A stretch of DNA of 15,395 bases. Origin: Archaeoglobaceae archaeon (GTDB taxonomy: Archaea; Halobacteriota; Archaeoglobi; Archaeoglobales; Archaeoglobaceae). Shown in pieces: positions 6,214 through 15,395 of the stretch. Below the pieces are notes generated by a model. That model worked only from the letters and a program-made list of their open reading frames with translations. It ran no database searches and was not told the origin of the DNA. Numbering within the stretch: the first letter of the stretch is position 1; the number at the start of each line of letters is the position of its first letter. The position numbers and the translations under genes are program-made. Location: positions 1-15,395 of the forward strand of contig JAWAQR010000027.1 of the NCBI GenBank assembly GCA_038893835.1, read 5' to 3'.

Positions 6214-6667
6214 GCAAATACCTCCATATCCTATCTTTTAAATGGTGCACGTTCTTCACAGCCTTCCCCTTTCCCTTCATATTTTCAGCGCTGCAGAGTG
6301 CAATTCCAATAGCAATCGGAGTATCTTTAGGCTCAGCTGTAACGTATACAAAGTCTCCTTCTTTAACTCTAGGATCCACATAAACTATTCCTGGCTTCAT
6401 AACGTCAGCTCCGTTGATTATATGCTCCACAGCCCCCAAGTCGACAACAACTTTGTACTTCTCGGGTTTTAGCTTTATTGCTCCATAAACTGAGACATAT
6501 CTCTTTCCATCATATTCCAAAAGCAGTGGTTCGTTCTTTACGAGTATTATTTTTATTTCTTCAAAGTCTAAAACATCCATTTCACCTTCAACGAGCACTC
6601 CTGCTCTCTCTTGAACTTCTTTACTTATTTCTCTAGCCTCCTTTTTCCTTAACCTTCTCCTATGCAC
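6191..6667 (-). CDS. PUA-domain RNA-binding protein (pre-PUA + PUA, MCT-1/DUF1947-like)
   Basis: RRRLRKKE N-terminus and VVVDLGAVEHIINGADVMKPGIV...PIAIGIAL...KGKAVKNVHHLKDRIW. GTG start. Confidence 0.9.
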   Translation of the reverse strand: MHRRRLRKKEAREISKEVQERAGVLVEGEMDVLDFEEIKIILVKNEPLLLEYDGKRYVSVYGAIKLKPEKYKVVVDLGAVEHIINGADVMKPGIVYVDPRVKEGDFVYVTAEPKDTPIAIGIALCSAENMKGKGKAVKNVHHLKDRIWRYLLERRFIL

Positions 6668-6742
6668 ACAACGTCTTCTGTTTTGATATTTAAAAAATTT
6701 CTCAAAAACCCAGAATTTTATAAACTGAAAGCAGATCTGAGG

Positions 6743-8104
6743 ATGATGTGGAGCATATTAAAAGCTCTAAGAGAGAATCCCAGCATTTTATATGAGTCTC
6801 AAAAAAAGCGTGATTTGAGCACAGAAATTATAGACAGAGCAATTGAACTGGATAGAAAATGGAGAGAAAAGCTAAAAGAAACAAACATGCTTAGAAAAAG
6901 AAGAAATGAGCTTTCAAGAATTTTAAAAGAAAAAAAAGATGAAAAAATCGTAGAAGAGGCAAAAATTTTGAGTGAAAATGTAAAAAAGGCTGAAGAAGAG
7001 CTGAAAATGATCGAAGAAGAATTAGAAAAGGTTCTTCTTTCAATTCCAAACATCGTACACGATTCAGTTCCTGTTGGTAAGGATGAGAAAGATAATGTTC
7101 CAATTCGTTACTGGGGGAGAGCAAAAGTCTACTTTGAAGACGTGGACAAATTCCTTAGGATTACAAATGGAATGGCAAGCTATGAGGTCTGCGATTACAA
7201 ACCAGTTGGACATGCGGATGCTGTAGAGCTATTTGGTTGGGCAGATATTGCAAGGGCTGCAAAAGTTGCGGGTTCGAGATTTTACTATATATTTGACGAC
7301 ATAATCTGGCTAGACTTTGCCCTGACATTGTATGCTTTGGATTTTCTATCAAAGAGCGGGTTCAGAATAGTATTTCCACCCTTAATGCTGAAAAGGGAAG
7401 CTTATCGTGGAGTTACAGCTTTCAGCGATTTTGAGGAAGTGATTTACAAAATAGAGGGTGAGGACTTATATCTCATCGCGACAAGCGAGCATCCAATTGC
7501 AGCGATGTACATGAATGAAACGCTCGAAGAAAGTGAATTGCCTTTGCTTTATGCAGGCTTTAGCCCATGTTTCAGAAAGGAAGCTGGAGCGCATGGAAAG
7601 GATACAAAGGGGATTTTCAGAGTCCATCAGTTCAACAAAGTTGAGCAATTTGTCTTCTGTTTACCAGAACAGAGCTGGGAATGGCATGAGAAGCTAATAG
7701 AAAATGCTGAAAGGCTCTGGCAGGGATTGGGGATACCTTATAGAGTTGTAAATATCTGTACTGGAGATCTTGGAATAGTTGCAGCGAAAAAATACGATCT
7801 CGAAGCTTGGATGCCTGCTCAGGCTACATATAGAGAAATGGTGTCCTGCAGCAACTGTACTGACTGGCAAAGTTATAGATTGAAGATAAGGTATGCGGAA
7901 AAAAGAGGAATGCCGAGCAAAGGCTTTGTGCATACCCTTAACTCAACTGCGATAGCAACGACCAGGGCTATAACTGCAATAATCGAGAATTACCAGCTTG
8001 AAGACGGAAGAGTGGAAATTCCGAAGGTTTTAAACAAATACTTGGAGAACATAGATTCTGCACCAAAGGATTACATCATACCAAGAAACGCTCGAAAGGA
8101 GTGA
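6743..8104 (+). CDS. serS: Seryl-tRNA synthetase (bacterial/standard type)
   Basis: N-terminal coiled coil, LIATSEHP, motif 2 CFRKEAGAHGKDTKGIFRVHQFNKVEQF, EMVSCSNCTDWQS and HTLNSTAIATTR. Start moved to the ATGATG at 6743/6746, which follows GAGG. The 6662 start would overlap the divergent gene and its promoter region. Confidence 0.97.
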   Translation: MMWSILKALRENPSILYESQKKRDLSTEIIDRAIELDRKWREKLKETNMLRKRRNELSRILKEKKDEKIVEEAKILSENVKKAEEELKMIEEELEKVLLSIPNIVHDSVPVGKDEKDNVPIRYWGRAKVYFEDVDKFLRITNGMASYEVCDYKPVGHADAVELFGWADIARAAKVAGSRFYYIFDDIIWLDFALTLYALDFLSKSGFRIVFPPLMLKREAYRGVTAFSDFEEVIYKIEGEDLYLIATSEHPIAAMYMNETLEESELPLLYAGFSPCFRKEAGAHGKDTKGIFRVHQFNKVEQFVFCLPEQSWEWHEKLIENAERLWQGLGIPYRVVNICTGDLGIVAAKKYDLEAWMPAQATYREMVSCSNCTDWQSYRLKIRYAEKRGMPSKGFVHTLNSTAIATTRAITAIIENYQLEDGRVEIPKVLNKYLENIDSAPKDYIIPRNARKE

Positions 8105-9176
8105 GAATTTCGCAATCGTTTTTTCTGATCAAAACAACATCTTCAACCCTCACTCCTCCAACTTTTTTGTAGTACAATCCAGGCTCAACTGTAACGACCA
8201 TCCCGCTTTTAAGGATAACATCCACATCCCCAATTCTGGGCTTCTCATGTACTTCAAGACCAACTCCGTGGCCTGTGGAGTGTATAAATCCTTCGCTTTT
8301 GCTACTCTTAAATCCATGACTCTCTATTGTCTCCTTAACGGCAATGTGCACTTCTCTACCATTGATCCCTTCCCTAAGTTTTGAGAATGCGACTTTTTGT
8401 GCATCTATCACAGCCATTAGCATTTCCTTCAGCTCGGCGTTTTGCTCTAGAAGTATCGTTCTCGTGAAATCTGCATAATATCCTCTTTTATTCTTGGGAA
8501 AGACATCTATGAGTATATGTTCCTCTATCGGCCCCTTTCCAAGTTCATGCGGGTCTGCGGATAGCTTTCCTGAAACGCAGATCGTGTTTTCAGCTATTAA
8601 ACCTCTCAACCAGAGTTCTCTTTCCAGAATTTCTCTAGCTCTCTCGCAGGAAATCTTGCGATTTCTGATAATTTTAAGAATCTTTGGAAAAACTTGTACG
8701 ATCTTTTTGCAGTTTTCTCTTATTTCAGCCAGCTCATGATCTCTCTTCACAGCTCTCATCTCTGAAAACGGATTTTCAACGGTTTCAACTTCGAAGTTTT
8801 TCTGCAATTCAAAGGCGAAGAAGGCTGGAAAATCGTTTGGAATCAAAATCTTTCTAGCTCTCCCCTCTTTAAGAACCTGAACGACTATTTCAGCAATCGC
8901 CTTTCTCGGATCACCAACTTCCTTAAGCTTATCTTCATAGCCAAGCATTTCATAACTCGCGATTTCCTTAACTCTACTCTCCCTCACAGCTCTACCAAGC
9001 TCCATTTCGGGGAGAAGTAATAGCTCTGTCCCATCAATTCCTGCAAAGTAGAACATCGTTGAAGTGCTTCGAAACTTAGTTGCGTAAAGGAAATTTGCCC
9101 CTCCTGACTGCATTACAAAGAATTCTGCCGATTTTTCTTTTAGAAGCTCTATTACCATATCAAAATCCTTACCCAT
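8076..9176 (-). CDS. Xaa-Pro peptidase, M24B family
   Basis: Metal ligands in ADPH, IDVFP, GYYADFTRT, HSTGHGVGLEVHE, TVEPGLY and GGVRVEDVV. The true start may be the ATG at 9158. Confidence 0.92.
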   Translation of the reverse strand: MGKDFDMVIELLKEKSAEFFVMQSGGANFLYATKFRSTSTMFYFAGIDGTELLLLPEMELGRAVRESRVKEIASYEMLGYEDKLKEVGDPRKAIAEIVVQVLKEGRARKILIPNDFPAFFAFELQKNFEVETVENPFSEMRAVKRDHELAEIRENCKKIVQVFPKILKIIRNRKISCERAREILERELWLRGLIAENTICVSGKLSADPHELGKGPIEEHILIDVFPKNKRGYYADFTRTILLEQNAELKEMLMAVIDAQKVAFSKLREGINGREVHIAVKETIESHGFKSSKSEGFIHSTGHGVGLEVHEKPRIGDVDVILKSGMVVTVEPGLYYKKVGGVRVEDVVLIRKNDCEILTPFERFLV

Positions 9177-9604
9177 CCATCAACCACTTTCTTCTCATCA
9201 ACCTTGCACTCAACCTTAACCTTATATCTATTCTTTTCCCTTTCAACGATCTCACATTCAACGTTAACAACATCTCCGATGCGAACTGGGGCTAAGTAAT
9301 TGAAGTTAGTTTCAAGAAGCACCACTATTCCTGGAAGCATTGCAACGGCGGTTGAAACCAGACTTGTAGTCAGCATACCATGAACAACTCTGCCAGCAAA
9401 TTTTGTTTGCTTTGCAAAGTTTTCATCAAAGTGAATTGGATTCATGTCTCCAGAGATTAGACCAAAGAGATTAACGTCGGCCTCGCTTATTCTTTTTGAA
9501 TATGAAAACCTAAATCCAACGTCCAACTGTGCAGAAATCTTTTTGAATTCCTTAAAATCGCCACCCCATTTTTTGTAAAATTCCAACAGTTCAGAAAAAT
9601 TCAT
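9152..9604 (-). CDS. MaoC-family (R)-specific enoyl-CoA hydratase/dehydratase
   Basis: Hydratase motif FGLISGDMNPIHFDENFAKQTKFAGRVVHGML and hot-dog fold YLAPVRIGD. Confidence 0.92.
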   Translation of the reverse strand: MNFSELLEFYKKWGGDFKEFKKISAQLDVGFRFSYSKRISEADVNLFGLISGDMNPIHFDENFAKQTKFAGRVVHGMLTTSLVSTAVAMLPGIVVLLETNFNYLAPVRIGDVVNVECEIVEREKNRYKVKVECKVDEKKVVDGWVRILIW

Positions 9605-9637
9605 AAAAAAATTTCAAAAAAAGATTTAAAAATCTTT

Positions 9638-10267
9638 CTATCTTTTCATCCTCTTCATCTTGAGTTTCTTCAACCTTATTATATTCTCCCTATCCATTTC
9701 CTCAAGCTTGAATGCGATGAACTTCGCCAATTCCTGCATTCTGGGTATAACTCTATATTCCAAAGCGTTAACTCTCCTCTTTGTCCTCTCTATTTCCTCA
9801 AGCAATCTTCTTATCGTAGTTTCAATTTCTGCAACTTCCAGAATTGAATCCACAAGCTCCTCATAAGCAGTTACAGCCTCATCTACCCTTATACTTGTGC
9901 TTAGAATGCCATAAGGCTTTTCAATCGCCTTTCTAGCAACTTTCTCTCTTTTTATCACCGGAACAACAACACCCATTATGCTCTTTCTCTTAACCGTAAA
10001 ACTTGGCTGAATTTGACTGCAAGACAAAGCTATTGAACGAAGGGCAACATAGCCATCGACCGCCATTGCAATTAGAAGTTTCTGTTGCGCCTTTTTGTAA
10101 TTTTCTACCATTTTCTGTATCGCAACTTTTGCTTCCTCCAGCAATCCTCTGAACTCCATTATTAGACCATCCCTTTTCATCTTAAGCAAGGCATGACCTC
10201 TAATTGCCATTCTGATTCTTCTTCTGAGCTTGATAAGTTCCATTCTTGTCGGTTGAACCTCTGGCAT
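9638..10267 (-). CDS. atpD: A/V-type ATP synthase subunit D
   Basis: PTRMELIKLRRR...GHALLKMKRDGL and EIERTKRRVNALE, plus operon position. Confidence 0.96.
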   Translation of the reverse strand: MPEVQPTRMELIKLRRRIRMAIRGHALLKMKRDGLIMEFRGLLEEAKVAIQKMVENYKKAQQKLLIAMAVDGYVALRSIALSCSQIQPSFTVKRKSIMGVVVPVIKREKVARKAIEKPYGILSTSIRVDEAVTAYEELVDSILEVAEIETTIRRLLEEIERTKRRVNALEYRVIPRMQELAKFIAFKLEEMDRENIIRLKKLKMKRMKR

Positions 10268-10285
10268 CGCTATCCCTCAAAAAAA

Positions 10286-11677
10286 TTAAGATGCAGCTTG
10301 GGCTTTCTTCTTATAAGCTGGATGGTACTTTTCAATGTACTTCCTTTCGATCTTTGTCAATTCTCTCTCTGGCAACATTGCAAGAAGTTCCCAGCCTAAA
10401 TCGAGCGTCGTTTCTATATCTCTGTCCTCATACTTTCCTTGACCTACAAATCTCCTTTCGAATTCATCAGCAAATTTTAGGAACAATCTGTCTCTTTCAC
10501 TCAGCGCTTCTTCACCGACGATTGCAACTAAACCTCGCAAGTCCACACCTTCAGCATATGCTGCGTAAAGCTGATCGCTAAGCTGTCTGTGATCTTCCCT
10601 AGTCATTCCGGGCCCAATACCTTCCTTCATCAGCCTGCTGAGTGATGGAAGTACGTTTATTGGCGGATAAATGCCCTTTGCATGTAATTCTCTGCTCAAA
10701 ACTATTTGTCCTTCGGTAATGTAACCAGTCAAATCGGGAATTGGATGTGTTATATCATCAGCTGGCATCGTCAAAATTGGGAACTGGGTGATCGTACCCT
10801 TCCTTCCACGAATTCTTCCAGCCCTTTCATATATCGTTGCTAGATCCGTGTACATGTAACCTGGATAACCTCTCCTTCCTGGCACTTCTTCCCTTGCAGC
10901 ACTTATTTCTCGCAGAGCTTCGCAGTAGTTAGTCATGTCTGTCAGAATGACAAGAACGTGGTAGTCATAGGTGTAAGCTAGGAACTCCGCAGCTGTTAGC
11001 GCCATTCTTGGAGTTATCAACCTTTCAATCGCCGGATCTTTTGCGAGATTGAGAAAAACCACTGCTCTTTCGAGTGCACCGGTTCTTTCGAACTCCTTCA
11101 TGAACTGATGCGCTTCTTCATAAGTTATTCCCATCGCAGCAAAGACGACTGCAAATTCCTCTTCCTGACCACGGACCTTTGCTTGTCTAGCTATCTGTAA
11201 TGCGATATCGTTGTGAGGTAAACCGCTACCACTGAAAATCGGCAACTTTTGCCCCCTAACTAAAGTGTTCATTCCATCTATTGCAGAAATCCCCGTTTGA
11301 ATGAACTCTCTTGGATACTTTCTAGCATATGGATTTATGGCAGCTCCAACAATTGGAATTCTCTCCTCTGGAATTATCGGTGGACCTCCATCTATTGGAT
11401 CACCTGATCCACTCAGAATTCTTCCTAGTAGATCTTTGGAACAGTTGAGTTTAATGATGTCCCCAGTGAAGCGAACGCTGCAAGCTTTATCTATACCTCT
11501 CGTACCCTCAAAAACTTGAACCACAACTATGTTCTTCGAAGTGTCTAGTACTTGACCTCTCCTAATACTACCATCTGGCAAAGTTATCTGCACGAGCTCT
11601 CCATATGCAACGGGTTTCGTTTTTTCAACAAAAAGTAATGGACCAGCAACTTGGGTTATAGTCCTGTACTCCTCCAT
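10286..11677 (-). CDS. atpB: A/V-type ATP synthase subunit B
   Basis: [45 protein letters not shown] and [16 protein letters not shown]. Confidence 0.98.
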   Translation of the reverse strand: MEEYRTITQVAGPLLFVEKTKPVAYGELVQITLPDGSIRRGQVLDTSKNIVVVQVFEGTRGIDKACSVRFTGDIIKLNCSKDLLGRILSGSGDPIDGGPPIIPEERIPIVGAAINPYARKYPREFIQTGISAIDGMNTLVRGQKLPIFSGSGLPHNDIALQIARQAKVRGQEEEFAVVFAAMGITYEEAHQFMKEFERTGALERAVVFLNLAKDPAIERLITPRMALTAAEFLAYTYDYHVLVILTDMTNYCEALREISAAREEVPGRRGYPGYMYTDLATIYERAGRIRGRKGTITQFPILTMPADDITHPIPDLTGYITEGQIVLSRELHAKGIYPPINVLPSLSRLMKEGIGPGMTREDHRQLSDQLYAAYAEGVDLRGLVAIVGEEALSERDRLFLKFADEFERRFVGQGKYEDRDIETTLDLGWELLAMLPERELTKIERKYIEKYHPAYKKKAQAAS

Positions 11678-11679
11678 AA

Positions 11680-13410
11680 TTACACCCCCAGGTTTGCCTT
11701 TATCTTTTCCATAGCTTTACTCATCGCAGTCTTGTAGTCAACTTCAAGTTTGCTCCTCATAAACTCGTCGAGACCTTCAACTCTTTCTATTTCATCATAA
11801 GTCTTACCCATTTCCAGAGCCTTGTAGAACCAGTCGTTCAGCGTTCTTATGGCTTTAAGCATGTCGTATTGTTTCTTAACATCGCAATAGCTGTCAACTT
11901 CATGATAAGCGTGCTGGGCAAGGTAGAATTCTCTTATTATCCTAGCGACGAGCAACAGAACTCTTTGCGACTCAGGCAAAGCGTCGCTACCGACCAACAT
12001 GACTATCTCCTGCAAAGTAGCCTCTTCCTGCAAAATGCTCATCGCCCACTTTCTCAGCTCATTCCAGTCAGGAGCAACATTCTTCTCAAACCATTCTGCA
12101 AGTGTTTCTGTGTAAAGGCTATAGCTTATTAGCCAATTGATCGCCGGGAAGTGTCTTCTGCTGGCAAGCTTTGCATCCAGTCCCCAGAAGGCCTTGACTA
12201 TTCTCAAAGTGTTCTGCGTAACAGGCTCACTGAAATCTCCTCCGGGCGGCGAAACTGCACCAACTACGCTTACACTTCCAATTTCACCGCACAAGGTTCT
12301 CACTCTTCCAGCCCTTTCATAGAACTCTGCAAGTCTCGAAGCAAGATAGGCTGGATAACCCTCTTCTCCTGGCATCTCCTCAAGTCGTCCAGATAGCTCT
12401 CTCATCGCCTCCGCCCAGCGAGAAGTTGAATCTGCTTGCAAAGCAACGTCGTAACCCATATCTCTGAAGTATTCCGCAATCGTGATTCCTGTGTAAACGC
12501 TAGCCTCCCTTGCAGCGACTGGCATGTTCGAGGTATTGGCAACGAGAACCGTTCTGAGCATCAATGGTTTTCCAGTTCTTGGATCTATCAACTCTGGAAA
12601 CTCTTCTAGAACCTCTGTCATCTCGTTGCCCCTTTCGCCGCAACCGATGTAAACGATTACGTTTGCATCACTCCATTTTGCAAGCTGATGCTGCATCACG
12701 GTCTTACCGCTTCCAAATGGTCCAGGAATTGCTGCAGTTCCGCCTTTTGCAATTGGGAAGAATGTATCAAATATCCTCTGCCCAGTGATCAGAGGAACAA
12801 TAGGGGGTAGCTTTTCGATATAAGGTCTTGGAATTCTTACAGGCCATTTATGAGCCATCTTTAGCTCTGTACCATCTTCCAGTACTGCAACTGTTTCATC
12901 TACGGTGAAGCTTCCAGAATAGACTTCCTTAACTCTCCCTCCTTTAACGTTTGGCGGAACTAGGATTCGATGCTCTATGACTTCAGTTTCTTGAACCTTT
13001 CCAATTATCTGTCCAGGTTTTACTTCATCACCCTTCTTTATCACAGGCTGAAATTCCCACTTCTTCTTCTTATCAATTCCTGGAGCTTCAATTCCTCTGG
13101 TTATGAAATCCCCACTCTTTTCTTTTAGCACGGGCAATGGTCTTTGGACTCCATCGTATATGTTCCCTATCAATCCTGGACCAAGATCCACGCTCAGTGG
13201 CATTCCAGTGTTTATCACTTTCTCTCCAGGCCTTAGACCAGAAGTATCCTCGTAAACTTGTATGAGCACTTTATCCCCAGCCAGACCAACAACTTCACCC
13301 ATCAGTTTCTCTTCCCCAACTCTACAGAGATCGTACATCCTTGCCTTCAAACCTTCAGCAACTACAAGAGGTCCCGAAATCCTAAATATTTCGCCTACGC
13401 TCACTTCCAT
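11680..13410 (-). CDS. atpA: A/V-type ATP synthase subunit A
   Basis: P-loop [42 protein letters not shown] and AVSPPGGD. Confidence 0.98.
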   Translation of the reverse strand: MEVSVGEIFRISGPLVVAEGLKARMYDLCRVGEEKLMGEVVGLAGDKVLIQVYEDTSGLRPGEKVINTGMPLSVDLGPGLIGNIYDGVQRPLPVLKEKSGDFITRGIEAPGIDKKKKWEFQPVIKKGDEVKPGQIIGKVQETEVIEHRILVPPNVKGGRVKEVYSGSFTVDETVAVLEDGTELKMAHKWPVRIPRPYIEKLPPIVPLITGQRIFDTFFPIAKGGTAAIPGPFGSGKTVMQHQLAKWSDANVIVYIGCGERGNEMTEVLEEFPELIDPRTGKPLMLRTVLVANTSNMPVAAREASVYTGITIAEYFRDMGYDVALQADSTSRWAEAMRELSGRLEEMPGEEGYPAYLASRLAEFYERAGRVRTLCGEIGSVSVVGAVSPPGGDFSEPVTQNTLRIVKAFWGLDAKLASRRHFPAINWLISYSLYTETLAEWFEKNVAPDWNELRKWAMSILQEEATLQEIVMLVGSDALPESQRVLLLVARIIREFYLAQHAYHEVDSYCDVKKQYDMLKAIRTLNDWFYKALEMGKTYDEIERVEGLDEFMRSKLEVDYKTAMSKAMEKIKANLGV

Positions 13411-13703
13411 AGGTCAACACCTATCGCCTTTCTAATCTTTTCCCTAATCTCCTCAACACCACCCGTCACTCCAACTGCAACAAAGGTGGGTTCAACTCTC
13501 TCCTCAATCTCCCTACGAAGAGTGACGGGCAACTTTTTGAGGAATTCAGGTTTTATCGCAACAACTCCAATATCATTCCTTTTTAAAACATCCTCAACAG
13601 CCTTAACGATTTCCTCATCGTTCTTAACTTCATATATATCAACGATTCCCGCAAGCATAAAGCCAATTACAAAGTTCATGTCTCCAATCACTGCCATCTT
13701 CAT
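13401..13703 (-). CDS. atpF: A/V-type ATP synthase subunit F
   Basis: [18 protein letters not shown]...[11 protein letters not shown]. 100 aa, immediately upstream of subunit A. Confidence 0.95.
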   Translation of the reverse strand: MKMAVIGDMNFVIGFMLAGIVDIYEVKNDEEIVKAVEDVLKRNDIGVVAIKPEFLKKLPVTLRREIEERVEPTFVAVGVTGGVEEIREKIRKAIGVDLWK

Positions 13704-14719
13704 ATGATCACCATCTGCTTCTCTATTTCTTCATTCGGCAACCCAAACCATTTTCCCCATCCAAGAATTCGCAGATCATCTACTTCAACCTTTTTTAGAA
13801 CTATGTATTGAAGCACAGGTAAAATGCTCAGCGGATAATTGCTTGCCCTCTTCGCAATAGCTTCAATCCAGATTTTATCAAATTCTATTTCTGTCCTTGC
13901 CAAATCTGTAACACCAGATACTTTCCAGAACCAGAATCCTTCTAAACTTTTCACCATTTCATCAAACGACATCGTGGCAAGCTTTCTAGCTTCATCTTCT
14001 GTTAATTCATAACCTCCCGGAATTATGCGGGCAATTATTTCTTCGGCAGTATCTCCTTCTGCTTTTAAGCGTAACAATGTTTTAACGTTCCTCAAGTCTA
14101 TCTCCATCTTTACGAAATTCAAGAAAACTCTACTCTCAAAGTCGCTCGCCTTTATTGCAAGCAAGTTCTTATAGTAGATCTTCCAAAGTTCGTCCTCAAT
14201 TGCACTCATAGGTGCACTTCCAAATTTGGACAAAGCCTCATGATATGGTGTACCTTCAAGATCCTTAACGATTTCGCTGATATCCTTTGTGAGTAGAGAT
14301 CTCAGATAGTCGATGCTGAATTCTCCAGCTGGTACAAGTGTTTCTTCGATGACTTCACTTGGCAAATTTGCATTTTTTCCTCTAAGGATGTTTATTATGT
14401 TCCAGACATCCCATCGCTTTAAGTAGTTACCTATGAGCATCTTTGCATCCCCGAAGGATACATTGTATATTTTTCTATAAGTCTTTGCAAGGTTCGTGAA
14501 CAGGGCATAATCGAGAAGTTTTGGACCAGTATATTTATAGGCCATTTCATCTATTTCCTTCTTATACTCTGTCTCTTCCAAGAACCGCATTATTTCATCG
14601 AAGCTCATGTTGAGGAGTTTTCTAAAGTCCTCCGGTTTTAGAAGTTTGCTCTTCATCACCTTTGTCCTTGCAACTATGTAGGCATATGCTGCCTTCGCTC
14701 TGGAGATCATTCTTATCAC
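13700..14719 (-). CDS. atpC: A/V-type ATP synthase subunit C
   Basis: YAYIVARTKVMKSKLL, WDVWNIINILRGK and EIDLRNVKTLLR, plus operon position. Confidence 0.95.
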   Translation of the reverse strand: MIRMISRAKAAYAYIVARTKVMKSKLLKPEDFRKLLNMSFDEIMRFLEETEYKKEIDEMAYKYTGPKLLDYALFTNLAKTYRKIYNVSFGDAKMLIGNYLKRWDVWNIINILRGKNANLPSEVIEETLVPAGEFSIDYLRSLLTKDISEIVKDLEGTPYHEALSKFGSAPMSAIEDELWKIYYKNLLAIKASDFESRVFLNFVKMEIDLRNVKTLLRLKAEGDTAEEIIARIIPGGYELTEDEARKLATMSFDEMVKSLEGFWFWKVSGVTDLARTEIEFDKIWIEAIAKRASNYPLSILPVLQYIVLKKVEVDDLRILGWGKWFGLPNEEIEKQMVII

Positions 14720-15282
14720 CCAAACAACGTCTTTGCCACTTCATTAAGCTTTTTCTCATAAAGCTGCGCAAGCAACTCATCGAAGGTTAGATTTATTCTC
14801 ACCTCCCCACTTGGGTCTTCAAGCACTATACCGCCCAGGCCAGAAATATTTCCAGCTATTTTCAAATTTAGCTTTAACTCTTTGATTATCTCTTTGACAA
14901 TTTTCTCATCTTCTTTTCTAATGTAAATGTTCATGTTATCCCTTGCGTTTTTCTCGATCAAAGCCTTTAGTAAACTCCTCCTTGTTTTATCATCCATTTC
15001 TGAAATCTTTTTCTTCAACAATTTGAAGACTTCATCCGTTATTTCTTTTTGTTTTGCTAGCATTAATCTCTTCATTTCTAGATTTAAACTTGAAATTTCT
15101 TGTTTTCTCAAAGCTTCTCCTTCTTTCTCCGCCTCTTCCTTTGCCTTCTTTAATATAGCCTCAGCCTCCGCCTTTGCTTCGCTAATTATCCTTTCAACCT
15201 CCTTCTTCGTCTCTTCCTCTATCTTCCTAACTTCCTCATCAGCCTTGCTCTTGATCTCTCTCAATACAGCTTCGAGAGGCAT
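14716..15282 (-). CDS. atpE: A/V-type ATP synthase subunit E
   Basis: MPLEAVLREI N-terminal coiled coil and C-terminal LGGIVLE...INLTFD. The ATG at 15282 follows a GGGTGA RBS, so it is preferred over the 15291 GTG. Confidence 0.93.
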   Translation of the reverse strand: MPLEAVLREIKSKADEEVRKIEEETKKEVERIISEAKAEAEAILKKAKEEAEKEGEALRKQEISSLNLEMKRLMLAKQKEITDEVFKLLKKKISEMDDKTRRSLLKALIEKNARDNMNIYIRKEDEKIVKEIIKELKLNLKIAGNISGLGGIVLEDPSGEVRINLTFDELLAQLYEKKLNEVAKTLFG

Positions 15283-15287
15283 CACTT

Positions 15288-15395
15288 TCACCCGTACGCA
15301 AACATCAGAATGAAGCTGATGACAAGACCGAAGATCACAATGGTTTCTGGAATAACCGTGAACAGAAGACCTAGTCCAAGGAATCCTCTATCCTC
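15288..15395 (-). CDS. atpK: A/V-type ATP synthase proteolipid subunit K/c, 3' part
   Basis: My translation is ...EDRGFLGLGLLFTVIPETIVIFGLVISFILMFAYG*, with the conserved ion-binding Glu in PET. It lies upstream of subunit E and is truncated by the window edge. Confidence 0.93.
   Translation of the reverse strand, partial: EDRGFLGLGLLFTVIPETIVIFGLVISFILMFAYG

Noticed and set aside
6662-6742. N-terminal extension of SerRS given in the ORF track
   Set aside because: It overlaps the start of the divergent PUA gene and the shared AT-rich promoter region. ATG 6743/6746 has an RBS-like GAGG.
8076-8104. Convergent overlap of serS and the M24 peptidase 3' ends
   Set aside because: Short tail-to-tail overlaps are routine in compact archaeal genomes.
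11680-13410. Intein in ATP synthase subunit A
   Set aside because: The length is normal (576 aa) and the usual insertion regions (GSGKTV and GCGERGNE) are uninterrupted.
14927-15313. Antisense ORFs in the track (this one, 13258-13707, 4941-5546, 887-1219 and the other short ones)
   Set aside because: They are shadows of well-supported genes on the opposite strand or frame, are Ser/Phe/Leu-biased and have no motifs.

Overview
Archaeal chromosomal window, most likely Archaeoglobales. This is inferred from the protein types, the gene order and an Archaeoglobus-type CRISPR repeat. The right two-thirds (4599-15395) is core genome: tRNA-His(GUG), an ACT-domain protein, a stand-alone Lrp/AsnC ligand-binding protein, a small FeS/corrinoid-domain protein, a PUA-domain protein, serS, an M24 Xaa-Pro peptidase, a MaoC dehydratase and the A1Ao ATP synthase operon (K partial, E, C, F, A, B, D). 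The left third (1-4598), off the 3' end of the tRNA, looks accessory. It holds the start of a Gly-X-repeat protein, short gene remnants, a large class III signal peptide (pilin-like) Ig/Cys-rich surface protein, and a solitary CRISPR repeat with a leader-like promoter but no array or cas genes. It also holds a two-gene cassette of a ParA ATPase plus a partner that appears to fuse a ribbon-helix-helix domain to a tyrosine-recombinase core-binding (SAM-like) domain. That cassette and the neighbouring solo repeat are the best candidates for an undescribed system. All family calls come from motif recognition by eye; no searches were run.
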